A stretch of DNA of 64,000 bases, from positions 7,254,001-7,318,000 of the forward strand of contig OX597823.1 of assembly GCA_951406725.2 (NCBI GenBank). The letters are read 5' to 3'. The translations under genes were made by a program, and so were the position numbers. Each line of letters opens with the position of its first letter. Position 1 is the first letter of the stretch. The stretch is from Octopus vulgaris. Its lineage: Eukaryota. Shown here piece by piece: positions 26,741 through 40,765 of the stretch. The notes below the pieces were generated by a model. The model ran no database searches. It was not told the origin of the DNA and worked only from the letters and a program-made list of their open reading frames with translations.

Positions 26741-27344
26741 GATTTCTTTATGTATAGCCTTATTTGCCCATGGATGTTTCTCTATCCTTATCTTCATCAA
26801 ACCCCAACTTTTGATAGCAGAATACTTTCCACAGTAACCTGATACTAGATAATGTAGTACTGATCAGCAAAACTACACAGTTTTATGATATTTGCAAGAA
26901 ACAAGTAAACAAAAATCTAGACACTTGAGTTTATTGATGAATGGAACCCACGATATAATGATATCAAGAAATACAATTAACCTGTCCAATTTGCTCTTGC
27001 TGAAATTCTACCATTAGTCCCTCTTTCTGGAATCTGGAGACAACTCCCACTAAATTATTGTGTTTTTCCTACATAAGTAAAATATCCAATTTTTCAAATG
27101 CAGGTTTGTGAAAATCTAAAAATCGGCAAATACCTTCACCATAATCAGACCAAAGTCCTTATTAAACCTATCTTTATGTTCTACATTTTCGTTAGTGTTT
27201 CTTGGACAAAACCTACAAAGAAGCTGCATGTATTTTATTACAAGGTCTTCAGAATATTATGTGTTGCCTATGAGTGTAAGGATTCATAATCCCCAAGTAT
27301 TGTTCTTATTTATTAAAGCAGCATTCATTCTCTTTTATTTCTAG

Positions 27345-27742
27345 CTAGCAGTATTGCCCGGCATTGCTCGGGTTTGTTTCGACCCTTTAGAATTGGAATT
27401 TTTGAAAAGTAAAACTTTTGCATTATGTAGCTTGTTATTCTCTTTAAGTGAACATTTTTCTGGTTGAAATACAACGAAAAATGGTGACACAGCAGTCGGA
27501 AAATTGTAAAAAATAGGGATTTTCATAGAAAAAAAAGCACCTTTTTTATGTAAATAATCTCTGGTCTTAAAATGATCTCGATTTGAATTTTATCTTCTAT
27601 GGAATGAAGAGCAAGCCTTCTTCTATCGTACTCTCAATTTTGGTCAACTTGTGCTGCAAGGTCTCGGAGGAGATAGTGTTAGTTGAAGGCTATCAAACCT
27701 GCCATACACACACATACAACTTCAGCTTTATATATATAGAGA
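27345..27742 (-). mobile_element. non-autonomous Helitron (second subfamily)
   Basis: Same 3' hairpin plus CTAG as 16067, 5' TC, different interior. Confidence 0.75.
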
Positions 27743-29447
27743 TTGTCACTAAATATCAGTATAATTTTTACCCAATCCCAATTAACAAGTTAAGGACAAT
27801 TATACCATAGCACATTATAATCACAAAATATAGAATTCATAGCCAAGTGACATGAAGAAGTTTCAAATTTCAGATTTCGAAAAATTTATCAAAAGCTTTT
27901 CTTTCTATTGGATCAGAATATTTTGTAAATCTGAAATAATTTTACTTTTATAAGAGAACAGTAAAATAACACTACTCTCAGAATAATAGTGAATTGTTGT
28001 AAATGATCATGATGATTATTCATAACAGTGTCAACAGCTTCCTGATCATCATCATCACCTTAATCATTATGAACATGATCACCATCAACATAATCCTTAT
28101 CATGATCAATATTGTAATCATCATAATCAGTTACAACAATAAAGAATTCTTGAATATTATGTGTATGCGTGGGAGAGACAGAGAGAGATGAGTCATAATA
28201 AATTATTGTGTACATGCGTGCACACTTACATACTTACATAGATAAATATAAAGGAATATACAGATAGTTATAAAGATTTTACACTACTATGCAAGCAACA
28301 GTTTTTAAAGAGTGTCTGCATTTCAAATGACTAAACTTATATTTCAGATGGCTAAACTAAATACAAATCAAATCTACAATCCTTTTGGATTTATTTTCTT
28401 TAAGTATATATTTTTTTGTTTTTATATATAAACCTGTTTTTTTTTTTTTATGTGCTTGTTTGTTTGTTATTTTAGCACCCTTTCAATTTCAGAACCTAAT
28501 ACTATTTCTTGATGTCAGATATTCAGTAAAGAATTTACTTGTTTTTTTCTTTTTTTCTTTTGCTTTTTAACTTTTTTTTTCTGCTCAAATCTATTTTAAT
28601 CTTATTCCACAAATTCTGTTAAAACATTCGTATTTTTATTTTAAATATTTTATTTTAAGATATTTTTCTATTCTATTTCCATCTTCCTTTAACCCAAACT
28701 TTGCCATAGCTTAAAGACCCATGTTGTAATGCAGATGTTGGCATTGTTGTTGCTGTAAAATTTCAAGCTGATTTACCTTTATCTTTGCTATAAGTTTCGG
28801 AATCATATTTCAGAAAGAAGAAGAAAAAAAAAATGGAATTGTACAGATGAGATTTATTATAAATCTTCATTGATTTTGAATCTGTTTCTCTTGTGTGATT
28901 AATCAAATGATACAAAAGATAACTGCTCCTGACAAAAATAGTAATCAGGGTTGCTGAAGGATAAATGAAATTGTGGGACTAGTTGGCAAAGTATTATCAT
29001 CAAACATACTGGAATGTAACAGAATAAGTTAACACTCTCATCTGCTAATATTTACTGTCCACAAAATGTTTAATGCTCATATGTGGAATGTATGATAGAA
29101 TTATTCAATAATCTGATTAGAGAGAAAGTTCTCTCTTGTTACCATTTGTTTCACATAGAATTATTTTTGAATTTTATATAATTTATTTTTCAAGTGAAAA
29201 TATAAAATCTTTTGTTAGTCTTGTTAAAGCCTCATATCCAAAAAGAATGTTATATGAATTATATACATCTTACGTTCATATTAATTTCTAATCACAACTT
29301 TTTTTTAATTAAGGATTTGATTCACACAAAAATCATTGATTCTAATGTTATTCTAAAATTGCTAAATTCTTTATTCTGTTTTTTTCTTTGTTTCATGAAG
29401 TTTTTGTTGAATATATTATTATCTGGTTAACTCAGTTTAATTCACAG

Positions 29448-29455
29448 GATTACTG
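29448..29455 (+). other. candidate 8-nt micro-exon
   Basis: ttaac...ttcacAG | GATTACTG | GTgagt in repeat-free, T-rich sequence. Confidence 0.25.
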
Positions 29456-29576
29456 GTGAGTTTTATTAATTGTTAATAATTCAAGAAAACAAATTCTGTT
29501 TTATCTAATAGTTAAATAAGTGTTGCAGAGATATATATGTAGTGGTAAAAATTTTCTTAACAAAATATTAGCAATA

Positions 29577-29747
29577 GGCGCAGGAGTGGTTGTATGGTAA
29601 GTAGCTTGCTAACCAACCACATGGTTCCGGGTTCAGTCCCACTGCGTGGCATCTTGGGCAAGTGTCTTCTGCTATAGCCCCGGGCCGACCAATGCCTTGT
29701 GAGTGGATTTGGTAGACGGAAACTGAAAGAAGCCTGTCATATATAGG

Positions 29748-29778
<31 letters not shown>

Positions 29779-29996
29779 GTGTTTGTGTGTCTGTGTTTGT
29801 CGCCCTAACATTGCTTGACAACCGATGCTGGTGTGTTTACATCCCCGTCACTTAGCGGTTCGGCAAAAAGAGACCGATAGAATAAGTACTGGGCTTACAA
29901 AGAATAAGTCCCGGGGTCAATTTGCTCGACTAAAGGCGGTGCTCCAGCATGGCTGCAGTCAAATGACTGAAACAAGTAAAAGAAAAAAGAAAAGAA
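29577..29996 (+). mobile_element. SINE family A, full length
   Basis: Close to family consensus. Confidence 0.9.
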
Positions 29997-30537
29997 TACC
30001 AACTTCAAAATTTACTTTTATATAATAATATGGAAGAGGAGCAACTACCTCCCTACCACTTCTGTTGTCTTTTCCATGTTGGCAAACATTGTACAGGTTA
30101 TCATAATCCAAATCATTATGTTATTCAAAGTTACTGCACTCCTACAAAGGCTGGGGGAATCACATGTCTTGTGTCTGTTTCATTTTGGTGTGGTTTCTAT
30201 GGTTGAATGCTCTTCTTAACACTAACCACTCTACACAGTGGACTGGATGCATTTCATCAGGATACCAGCACTAGTGAGGTTGTCTTGTATCTTGCAAGGC
30301 AAAAGGATTTATCACTGCTCTGTGTAATTATTTCAGTAATGCTTATAAACTACTTAATGGTTTAAATGCACAACTAAAATAATAAAAAGTTTAGGATATG
30401 ATAACTTTTATGATATAAATTTTATACTATTTAATTCTCTTAATATTTTGTATTTGTATATGTTAAAAAGTGGTGATTCTTCAATATTTTGATTGTGAAA
30501 TTATTCATATATGATTCCAGAGTTTTAAAATCTGTTG

Positions 30538-30871
30538 ATCCAATTTCATGTGGTTGTGTTAGAACAACAAATACTGCATTATTTACCTAGAGAGGACCTC
30601 TCATAATGATGCATGGTGCATAAAAGCTCTCATATTTATATCGTTGGTAGATGAAAATTATCTGCTACAGGCACTGGAACTGCCAGCTCATGTGATTTCC
30701 TCCAGCCTGGGCTCATCAGTGGCAGATGTCTGGTATAAATATGAGTAAACCAAATATGCCAATGATATAAATATGAGTGCTTTTATGCATCATGCATCCA
30801 TACAAGTGGTCCCCTTTGGGTAAATAATATAGTATTTGGTGTTCTAATACAACATCCACATTAAGTTGGAT
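30538..30871. repeat. degenerate inverted repeat, arms about 110 bp
   Basis: 30538-30647 pairs with 30759-30871; the loop holds CTGATGAG on the minus strand. Confidence 0.7.
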
Positions 30872-32208
30872 ATAAAGATTGCCTTTTGTTATTGATACTG
30901 CTTATGTTGCTATTAATTATTTTTAAAATCTGTTATTTTTGTAATTCACATGATTCTAAATTTGATTTCAGTATCAGGTTGATTAAAGGTATCTACCAAA
31001 ATTTAATTTCTTAGGGACAAAAATATTCAATTTTTAAATTCTCTTGAAGTGTATTAAATAACACAAATCTTAGATTTACTAACCTATAAAAAAAAAGAAC
31101 ATATTTCGTAATTTAACGTGACAATATATTCATCAACTCTATCAGAACTGAATGAAATATGCTCCATTATTCCAATACTGTATTCATTACCAGAACACAT
31201 TATCTCATAAGTTAATACACATAATCTTATCGAGGTACTTTACTTCAAGTACCTTCATCCTTAAAGTTTTCTGAAGAAGAACTGGATTGAGAAAAAAGTA
31301 ATATAAGAATGTATTTATTTTCAATTCTAATATAACACTATTCAGTTTTAAAATATCTTCCCATTAATACTCATAATTATTTAATGTGTTAGAAGTATTA
31401 CAACACACATTGTTTTTAGCTTTCATAATTTTTTTTTTAATATCCAGTACAAGTTGTGAGTTTGGCCACTTAGAATTAAGTAGGGAAGCTTCAAACTAAT
31501 GCTGATTATTTCTTGTTATAAAATTTGAACTCTCTTATCACAATATTAAGAGGTCTGATTTGTTCCTATCTTACTATTTTAGCTATTTAAGTTTTATAAC
31601 TGTTCTCCTTAGTTACATACTAATACTTTTAAGCATAAGAGAGTTGTAACACCCAAGGAAATAGCTTATTCATATAAATTCTTACTTCTATCAATAGCTT
31701 GTTTCCTCTGCTGAATACTTTACTCATTTCCGTATTAATAGCTTCAAACATTATCTTTTTGTTTTTATTCATTTTACAAACACTGAACATTCTAGAAATC
31801 TTTATCACAGATATATTTTTAAGAAAAATTCAAATGTTTTGCTCTGTTTTAAAACATTCAAGGAAATCTTAAAAGATTATAGAAACAAAGCACAACAGCT
31901 TTATATCAATTATTCTAATCAGCTTTATAGAAATTGGTTACAGTCTCTCAGAAGCTTTGGAAATTGGTTACCATCTTAGATTTCAGGTGGTAGACTTAAT
32001 TTATTGCTCAGTTTAATACGCCTACCTGCCTTGGGTACCTTTAGTAGAATTCACTCTGTAAGAAGCATTCAGACCAGGTCCCTGGTATGATGATAACTTC
32101 CTCCATTCCTTCCGCCAGCCTTAGAGGTCTTAAAAAAATGGGTTATTGGTATTACTTTATTCTTTTTGACTATGTGAAGAAAAAAAAAACAGAATTCAGT
32201 TATATATA

Positions 32209-32620
32209 GGCGCAGGAGTGGCTGTGTGGTAAGTAGCTTGCCTACCAACCACATGGTTCCGGGTTCAGTCCCACTGCATGGCATCTTGGGTGAGTGTCTT
32301 CTGCTATAGCCCCGGGCTGACCAATGCCTTGTGAGTGGATTTGGTAGATGGAAACTGAAAGAAGCCTGTCGTATATATGTATATATATGTATGTGTATGT
32401 ATATGTTTGTGTGTCTGTGTTTGTCCCCCTAGCATTGCTTGACAACTGATGCTGGTGTGTTTATGTCCCCGTCACTTAGTGGTTCGGCAAAACAGACCGA
32501 TAGAATAAGTACTGGGCTTACAAAGAATAAGTCCCGGGGTCGATTTGCTCGACTAAAGGCGGTGCTCCAGCATGGCCGCAGTCAAATGACTGAAACAAGT
32601 AAAAGAGAAAAGAGAAAGAG
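32209..32620 (+). mobile_element. SINE family A, full length
   Basis: Close to family consensus. Confidence 0.9.
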
Positions 32621-32867
32621 ATATCAAATCAGCTTTGGCTTTCTTTGTAGAACCAGAGTGTCTTTTTATCTAACAAGGCCCATTACAAATCTATTTTTGA
32701 AATCAAAATGACAAAATCACTGGGTTGAGCTATGAATTCACTTTCAGAACAAATAGTATTATTGCTAATATAACTATTATTTAATTTAAAAGATGAACTT
32801 TCTGATCAAAAACGAAAAAATATCTTAATATTTAGAACTTTTCTATGTTCCAGATTTCAAATATATA

Positions 32868-33277
32868 CTCTTACTCTTTTACTCTTTTACTTGTTTCAGT
32901 CATTTGACTGCGGCCATGCTGGAGCACCGCCTTTAATCAAGCAACTCGACCCCGGGACTTATTCTTTTTGTAAGCCCAGTACTTATTCTATCGGTCTCTT
33001 TTTGCCAAACCGCTAACTAACGGGGACATAAACACACCAGCATCAGTTGTCAAGCAATGCTAGGGGGACAAACACAGACACACATACATATATATATATA
33101 TATATACATATATACGACAGGCTTCTTTCAGTTTCCGTCTACCAAATCCACTCACAAGGCTTTGGTCGGTCCGAGGCTATAGTAGAAGACACTTGCCCAA
33201 GGTGCCATGCAGTGGGACTGAACCCGGAACCATGTGGTTGGTAAACAAGCTACTTACCGCACAGCTACTCCTGTGCG
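32868..33277 (-). mobile_element. SINE family A, full length, inverted
   Basis: Close to family consensus, reverse complement. Confidence 0.9.
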
Positions 33278-33310
33278 TATATACGTACAATATATATAAG
33301 ATATATATAT

Positions 33311-33640
33311 ATTTTGGGTCATCCCATAAATAATGTGGTTTTTACAATTGCATGAATTAAAAGTCGGAGGGGGATGGAATAAACTACCTGCATCAAGTTG
33401 CTATAAAGGCAGTTAGTAATTTTACCTTGACCTTATTTTTAGTGCAAATTTTGAAGAGTGCAGTGAGATTTTAACAGCTATTTTTTCAAAGCTATAATGG
33501 AAGTGACAAGGAGATGTATTCGACATATTTTGCTTTGTGAGCTCAATTAAGGCAACAACACAACGGAAAGTGCGAGGAATATTAATGAAGTATATGGGGA
33601 TCAGACAATAAACATAAGACAGTGGCAACACTGGTTCCAG
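33311..33640 (+). mobile_element. mariner 5' end with transposase N-terminal remnant
   Basis: MEVTRRCIRHILLCELN*GNNTTESARNINEVYGDQTINIRQWQHWFQ from ATG 33497 (mariner HTH region). Confidence 0.75.
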
Positions 33641-33724
33641 TGTAACAAGAACAGGACACTGAGAACAAAACAGAAAAAACAGTAAAAACAAACGGTGATA
33701 TATATATACATATATATATATATC

Positions 33725-34110
33725 TTTCTTTTTTATTTTTTACTTCTTTCAGTCATTAGACTGTGGCCATGCTGGGGCACCACCTTGAATTTTTAGTTGA
33801 ATGAATTGATCCCTGTAGTTATATTATTTTAACCCTGATGCTTATTCTATCAGTTTCTTTTGTTGAACTGCTAATTTATGGGGACATAAACACACCAACA
33901 CCAGTTGTCAAACACAGACACAAAGACACACACATAAATATGCATATACATATATATCTGACTGGCTTCTTTCAGTTTCCGTCTTCCAAATCCACTCACA
34001 AGGCTTTGGTCGACACAAGGCTATAGTAGAAGACACTAGCCCAAGGTGCCACGCAGTGGGACTGAACCCAGAGCCATGTGGCTGAGAAGCAAGCTTCTTA
34101 CCACACAGCC
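33725..34110 (-). mobile_element. SINE family A, diverged
   Basis: Family head and tail motifs. Confidence 0.8.
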
Positions 34111-34118
34111 AATAAAAC

Positions 34119-34160
<42 letters not shown>

Positions 34161-34320
34161 CACACACACACATATATATATATAGTCATATATATATATG
34201 TATATATACACACAATATATTCATATATGTATATAACTGTCTAGATGTTTTGCGTTCTTGTCCCATTTTTTATTTTATATATATATATATATATATAAAA
34301 GTTTATAAGTAGCATGTATA

Positions 34321-34376
<56 letters not shown>

Positions 34377-35576
34377 ATTATAAAATTTATAAATCACACA
34401 CACCACACACACATGGCTGAAACAAATAAAAGAAATATACATACACATACATACATACATATATATATGTGTATATATATGTATGTACGTACGTACGTAT
34501 GTATGTATATATGCACAAAATGTGCATATATACAAAATTTATAAATAACATATACATAGTATATATATATATATATATATACACACAAAATATACATATA
34601 TAGAAAATATATATATTATTTGTGTGTATGTGTGTGTGTGTGTAAAATAGATATATACATATACATAAGTATTTTTTATGTGAAATACATATATATATAT
34701 GTATTCATATATATGTGTGTGCATGTATATATCTATGTATATATTTGGAAAATGCATATATGTGTAAAATACATACATATGCTTTTGTATGTGTCTGTGT
34801 GTATGTGTGAGTGCGTGCGCGTGCATGCGTGCGTGTGTACTTTTGAGCTTATTCTTAGCTAGTTTCATAGTAGTTTGCAATAGAAACCTGAAATAGTCAG
34901 GCCACATGATCATGACTTGCAGCAGTTGCACTTGTGATATAAATATTTTATTTCTCTTTCACTTCTTCAAATAATTCAGGTTTTTTCTTCTTTTTTTTTT
35001 CTTTCTCAGTAGGTTAGTTGTATATATATAAATTATAGCTTTAAAAAATGTCAAGTATCTAAACCATCTAAACAACATCAACTTGGTAAATAGCATCTCC
35101 ATAATTTAAAATATTGCAATATTTTATATTCTGAATATTTCAAAAGTCAGTCGTAGGATAAATGATGTTGCAACTTGAGCTTTCGATTATAATTCATTTG
35201 CTCATTAATATGGCTGTGGTATGCATTTATTGTTAAAAGAAAAATATGCCTTTAAGGGACAAGATATTATGCACCAGTTTTAATTCTGGAATTACAACAA
35301 TGGCTGGAATATTCTTCAAAACATATAAACATATTTAAATGTAACTCAAAATATAAGAAACTGCAACATTTGCCCAAGGGTAAAACTTGTAACTACAAAT
35401 GAATGCAATTTAAATTGTTTTCAACTGTGGATAAATTGCATTATTATTTTAGGTGTCAAATTTATAATGAGAATTTTTTTTTTAAGGATAAAAATGCTGA
35501 TACTCTGATGAATTAAATTTCCTCTCTGGATTTACTTGTTGTTTATTTATATGTGCCAATACAGAGGATTTTCACA

Positions 35577-35577
<1 letters not shown>

Positions 35578-35654
<77 letters not shown>
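35578..35654. repeat. (TTA)n microsatellite
   Basis: Directly visible. Confidence 0.95.
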
Positions 35655-35655
<1 letters not shown>

Positions 35656-37721
35656 TGCAATGAAATGTAAATTTGTTTTTAAAACATTTATGAACAAATT
35701 ATATTTCCTATAAAGTATTTATCTGGTTTTATTTTTTAATTCTTTTTGTGTCTAAAGAAGTAAATTAGAAAAAGAAAAACGAAACTTCAGTTTAGTAGTA
35801 TCCAAAGTCAAATAAAAGCATGAAAGAAAAAAAAAATTTAGAATTACATAATATACAAACTGTAACAAAGATGCCAATCAAAAGTAGAAATGAACAAAAG
35901 AAATTACTAAAACAATTCACCTAACACATCTAGTTCTTTTAAATTAGAATCTCCAAGAATCCTAACAATTCACCTATGCTATCACTATGCTTTCTAAACA
36001 TCTTCAACTCCCAAGCCATTATGACAAGAAACATAGTTTCTCCAGCCTGAATTAAGATCTCATCAATTATTTTGTTTTCTAGAATTTACTTTTTGTTTAA
36101 TCAAACTAACACCTCATTTGGATGCATTTTGTTTAGCAATAATACCACCTTGTTTTCATATTCTCTGAGCTATTGTTTCGATATCAAAATGGAAGACATT
36201 TAACATTACAAATATATTCAATCTCAAAACATAATGCTTCAAAGCTCATAACTTTTAGACGATTACAGAAGTTTGTGAGTTGATAGAACAATAACCATTT
36301 AGGTGTATACACTGGAAACTTAATTCAAAAACCTAAAAAATATCTGAAACCAACATTATATAATAGTAATGTTTCGTACTCAGTAATTTGTATGTTTTAA
36401 TTAATACAACTCCAATAAATTACAGATCCAGTTAATTTGTTCCCCTAGTTTAATAGTCTTCCAGATACAGTATAAGTATTAGCAAGCAAACTTTATTGAG
36501 ATACTAAGTTGTACTCATTGTTCAGTACAATTATCACTCTCTCTCTCTCTCTCTCTTCCAATAATATTCCATAGAAAGGACTACTTACATATCTAGAGGA
36601 ATAAATCCAGGTATGTTTCTATTTCTGCATTATAAACATGGAAAATAATTTTTAAAATCTTTACGATTTGTAAGTAAAACAACATGTATAGTGGAAAAAA
36701 CAAAATTAAATTCATTTTACTTTTGAAAACTTTCTTGTGCTCACAACTGAGAAAGCACTTTGAACAAAAAGAAATCTTTTGAGATTGTTTAAGTGAAAAT
36801 ATATTTGTGGCATTATGTGATTTTATTTCTGATCCTGTGAGCGTAAGGTTTCCTGTCACTTAGAAATGAAATTTCATTTTGTTCTTATCTATTCTTTAAA
36901 TATATTGATACCTCATATACTGTCACTCCTCTGTCTTTTCACAAGTTATACATTATTCTAGGTAATAAAGGCATAAAGTTAGTAGTTACCTTTCAATATA
37001 GTAGTTTCGAATGATGTTTTGTTGTAATTTAAAACATTTATTGAATAGGAAGTCCCAAATAAGAAGCTATTATTTCATATTTTCAGCTGACAAACAGAAA
37101 AATTTTAGGATGTTTAAACTGCTACCTAATGAAAACATAGCTTATCTAGTATGTGTATGCTGACAGAATTTGACAGAAGTTAATGATACATGTGACAATA
37201 TAAGGTAATTTCACAAGTGAATCACCAATCTGTCATGTATAGTCAATGTGTAAAACATGTAAACGATACCACTATCATTTAAGTAAACCAGATGATCAAG
37301 AGATATTCTGAGGTAAATAGCTTTAATCTGAAGTGATAAAATAATTTCAAAGAAATTATTTCTATAAAACAAATATTACATTTTATATAAATTTCAAACA
37401 AATCTTGCATTTTTATATATATGTACAAAGAAAAAAAATGCAAAGTAAAAAGAAATCGTACAATTGTAAAATATTAAGCATCATTTTATTTTTTACCATA
37501 TTAATACCAAAATTCCCAGCAAAAATTCATGTGTCTCTTAAAAAAGATTTTCTTCTCTTCTATAAGTTGAATTCTTTTATCACGGCATTTTCTCATACCA
37601 AAAATCATTTGCAAATGTTACTAGATTTAAACTTCTTAAAATTGTTATAAAATTGTTATCTAACAATTTAGATATTGATGTATCTATGAGAAATGTTCAT
37701 GCTTGTGCACTGGGATTATAG

Positions 37722-37775
<54 letters not shown>

Positions 37776-37789
37776 GTACGTATATAAGT

Positions 37790-37909
37790 ATGTCATTATT
37801 CAGTTTTATTTCAAGATTTCTTGTCAATAGAGAAAGAGCCGGTTTCTAACCAAGGCTCTTTCACAGGAATTTCAACGTCAACAGTAGGGTATGTATGTAT
37901 GTATGTATG

Positions 37910-37943
<34 letters not shown>

Positions 37944-38366
37944 TGTATGTATGCATGTATGTATGTATGTATGTATGCATATATATATGTATGTGTGCAG
38001 ATTTGAATGTTTTGTTTTATGTATGTCTTCTCATGCTTATACTTGCATATCTAGACATGCTCATATATACTTAAACAATAAACTTCTGAAAAGTTTCACA
38101 GATTTTTACAGTTCCAGTGATGACTTGAATCTGTAATCTTCAAATCAGCTTTTTCCTTTCTGGTTTTGAGAAGTTTAATTTCTCAAGGCTGGTATTTAGG
38201 CAGTGTGTTATATATCCTAGTGCCCTAATAATTACAGTTATAAACCTGAACTTGAATCTGGATATAGGAACTGCAGATTTCTTAATAGTTCAGCATAAAT
38301 ATTCTCTTTTTTTACTGATCTTCAGCCTTGTGTTAACATCTGCTGGGCAGCTGATTTCCACAACTG
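37790..38366 (-). mobile_element. 5'-truncated Dong/R4-type LINE (restriction-like endonuclease end plus 3' UTR)
   Basis: VVEISCPADVNTRLKISKK..YAELLRNLQFLYPD.KFRFITVIIRALGYITHCLNTSLEKL...TGTVKICETFQKF with frameshifts. Confidence 0.75.
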
Positions 38367-38680
38367 TATGTATGTATGTATGTATGTATGTATGTATGTA
38401 TGTATGTATGTATGTATGTATGCATGCATGTATGTATGTATGTATGTATGTATGTATGTATGTATGTATGTATGCATGCATGCATGTATGTATGTATGTA
38501 TGTATGTATGTATGTATGTATGTATGTATGTATGTATGTATGTATGTATGTATGCATGCATGCATGTATGTATGTATGTATGTATGTATGTATGTATGTA
38601 TGTATGCATGCATGTATGTATGTATGTATGTATGTATGTATGTATGTATGTATGTATGTATGTATGTATGTATGTACGTA
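38367..38680. repeat. (TATG)n array
   Basis: Directly visible. Confidence 0.95.
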
Positions 38681-38734
38681 CGTTAAGTGTGTGTGTGTAT
38701 GTATGTGTGTGTGTGTGCCTGTATGTGTATGTAC

Positions 38735-39100
38735 ATACTCTTTTACTAAAATTAGAAAAGAGCTTGTGTATGCTCTTTTCTATTTTAATTATTTGGAGTT
38801 TTCTTGTAAGAAGGGTCCTGGATTCTAACAAAGATACAAAGCTCCATTGTTGCAATATAGATAACTAGAACAATGTTATATTTGGAAATTGAGAAAAGTT
38901 TTGCGTATTTTTACTGTTCTGCTTACAGATTGTAATTGTAATGTGTATGTTATTTGGCTGATTCCTTTTTCTGAAAACTCTAACTTTTCCATATTATCCC
39001 TTAGATATTTACTAGCAAAACCAAATGCACCAGTTATTATTGGTATAAATGTAAATTTATAATCTGGGTATAGAAGCTGAAGGTTTTTAAGTAGTTGTCC
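38735..39100 (-). mobile_element. second 5'-truncated Dong/R4-type LINE 3' end
   Basis: GQLLKNLQLLYPDYKFTFIPIITGAFGF...RTVKIRKTFLNF, paralogous to the 38060-38366 peptide. Confidence 0.75.
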
Positions 39101-39109
39101 ACTGGATGA

Positions 39110-39415
39110 TGCAGCTTTAATGTGTACATACAATAAAATGCAGGAGCAGTGAGAGAAAAATTGGGCATTAAAGGAATCAAATGTTGTGTGCAAGAGAAAC
39201 GACTGCACTGGTATGATCATATAAAGCTTAGGAATGAGGACTGTTGCATAAAGAAATGCCAATCACAAAATGTTGATGGAACCTCTGGAAGCAGGAGACC
39301 CAAGATGTAGAACAAAGTAGTGAAGACTGACTTCAGGTTGTTGAGTCTCCCAGAGGAAGTGATGAAGGTCCAAGATGATAAGCAATTTGTTGTGCTCAGG
39401 AAAACCTGGTCATCT
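39110..39415 (+). pseudogene. RTE LINE C-terminal fragment
   Basis: IKCCVQEKRLHWYDHI...CIKKCQSQNVDGTSGSRRPK. Confidence 0.65.
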
Positions 39416-40707
39416 CATCAAAAATGATTTCCCAAAAAGCATATCTATGCCCTAACACTCAGGTTTACCTCTGTAAAGCTTACCCTACAACTCATCTTTG
39501 TCATACCCATTCTCCCATCATTCTTTTATGGCACTATGTATTCAGATACTGTAACCGTGATAGCAGAACTGCACATATTTCATCCCCTTTTTGTGCTACC
39601 TGTTATCCCCCTTGTAAGACATCCTGCATTCTCAATATCATCCTTTACTACTTTATTTTTTGTAGAACACCCTCTCAAATCTGTCATCAATAATCTCCTC
39701 CCACTTTTATTCGTCACTAACCACATCCATCTCTACATACCTCTGACTTCCATTTCTGTCATAGTTCATCCCTTTCTCAGACTCCAACACTCCACATCAT
39801 TACCCAGTTTCTCATCTAATGACATTTTTATTATACTGTTGCTCTCCATTTATCACCTCCTCTTCCTTGATCCACTTTTATTTTCTTTTATATTACTCAC
39901 CACACTGAGTTTCACAATTGACATTACCTCCACTCATATTCACCGTTAAACTACATTCATCTCTAACCATCAGTAGCTCTCCTTTCACATCCTTGGGAAG
40001 CTATCCAACCATCCATACTTGATGTTCTGTCCTTATTGTCTCTTATAACCGCACGTAAACTGGGTAGCCATGTATCTTTTCTGCCACAAGTTGCCTCATC
40101 CTGTTCATCTATCATATTTCAGCTTCTCAAAGCCTAACCCAAGGCCACATCTCACAATACTGCACTCCACATTTAATTGAGAAGTCATCTCTTTCAAGTT
40201 ACTTGGTGATATCATTGGTGTTACAATGAAAGCAACCAGTACACTCTCTAAAGTGGCTGGAATTAAGAAAAGCATCCAGCTGTAGTAGAAACCATATCAA
40301 AGTAGACACTGGAACTCAATGCAGTTCTTTGGCTCACCAAATCCTGCTGCACCAGCCAATTCACACCAGCATGAAATATGGATATTAAAGGATGATGATG
40401 ATGATGTAAATGTGTATATGTGTGTGAAACATATATGCGTTTTTGTGAATATATATATATATATATACATGTATACACCCACACACAAACAAACACACAA
40501 AAGAATGGAGAATTATACATTTTCAATCAGCTTAATTGATCAAATATTCATCAATTAGTATGCAGGATGACTACATCACAGAATTATGTAATACCAGAGT
40601 ATCCAAAATGTGCGTAAGCTGTGTAAAAACATAATTCTCAATTCTTTTGCAATTTTCTAATATAATCTGTGACCTTATACTAAATCTATTTGGTGTACAA
40701 ACTTTAG

Positions 40708-40765
<58 letters not shown>

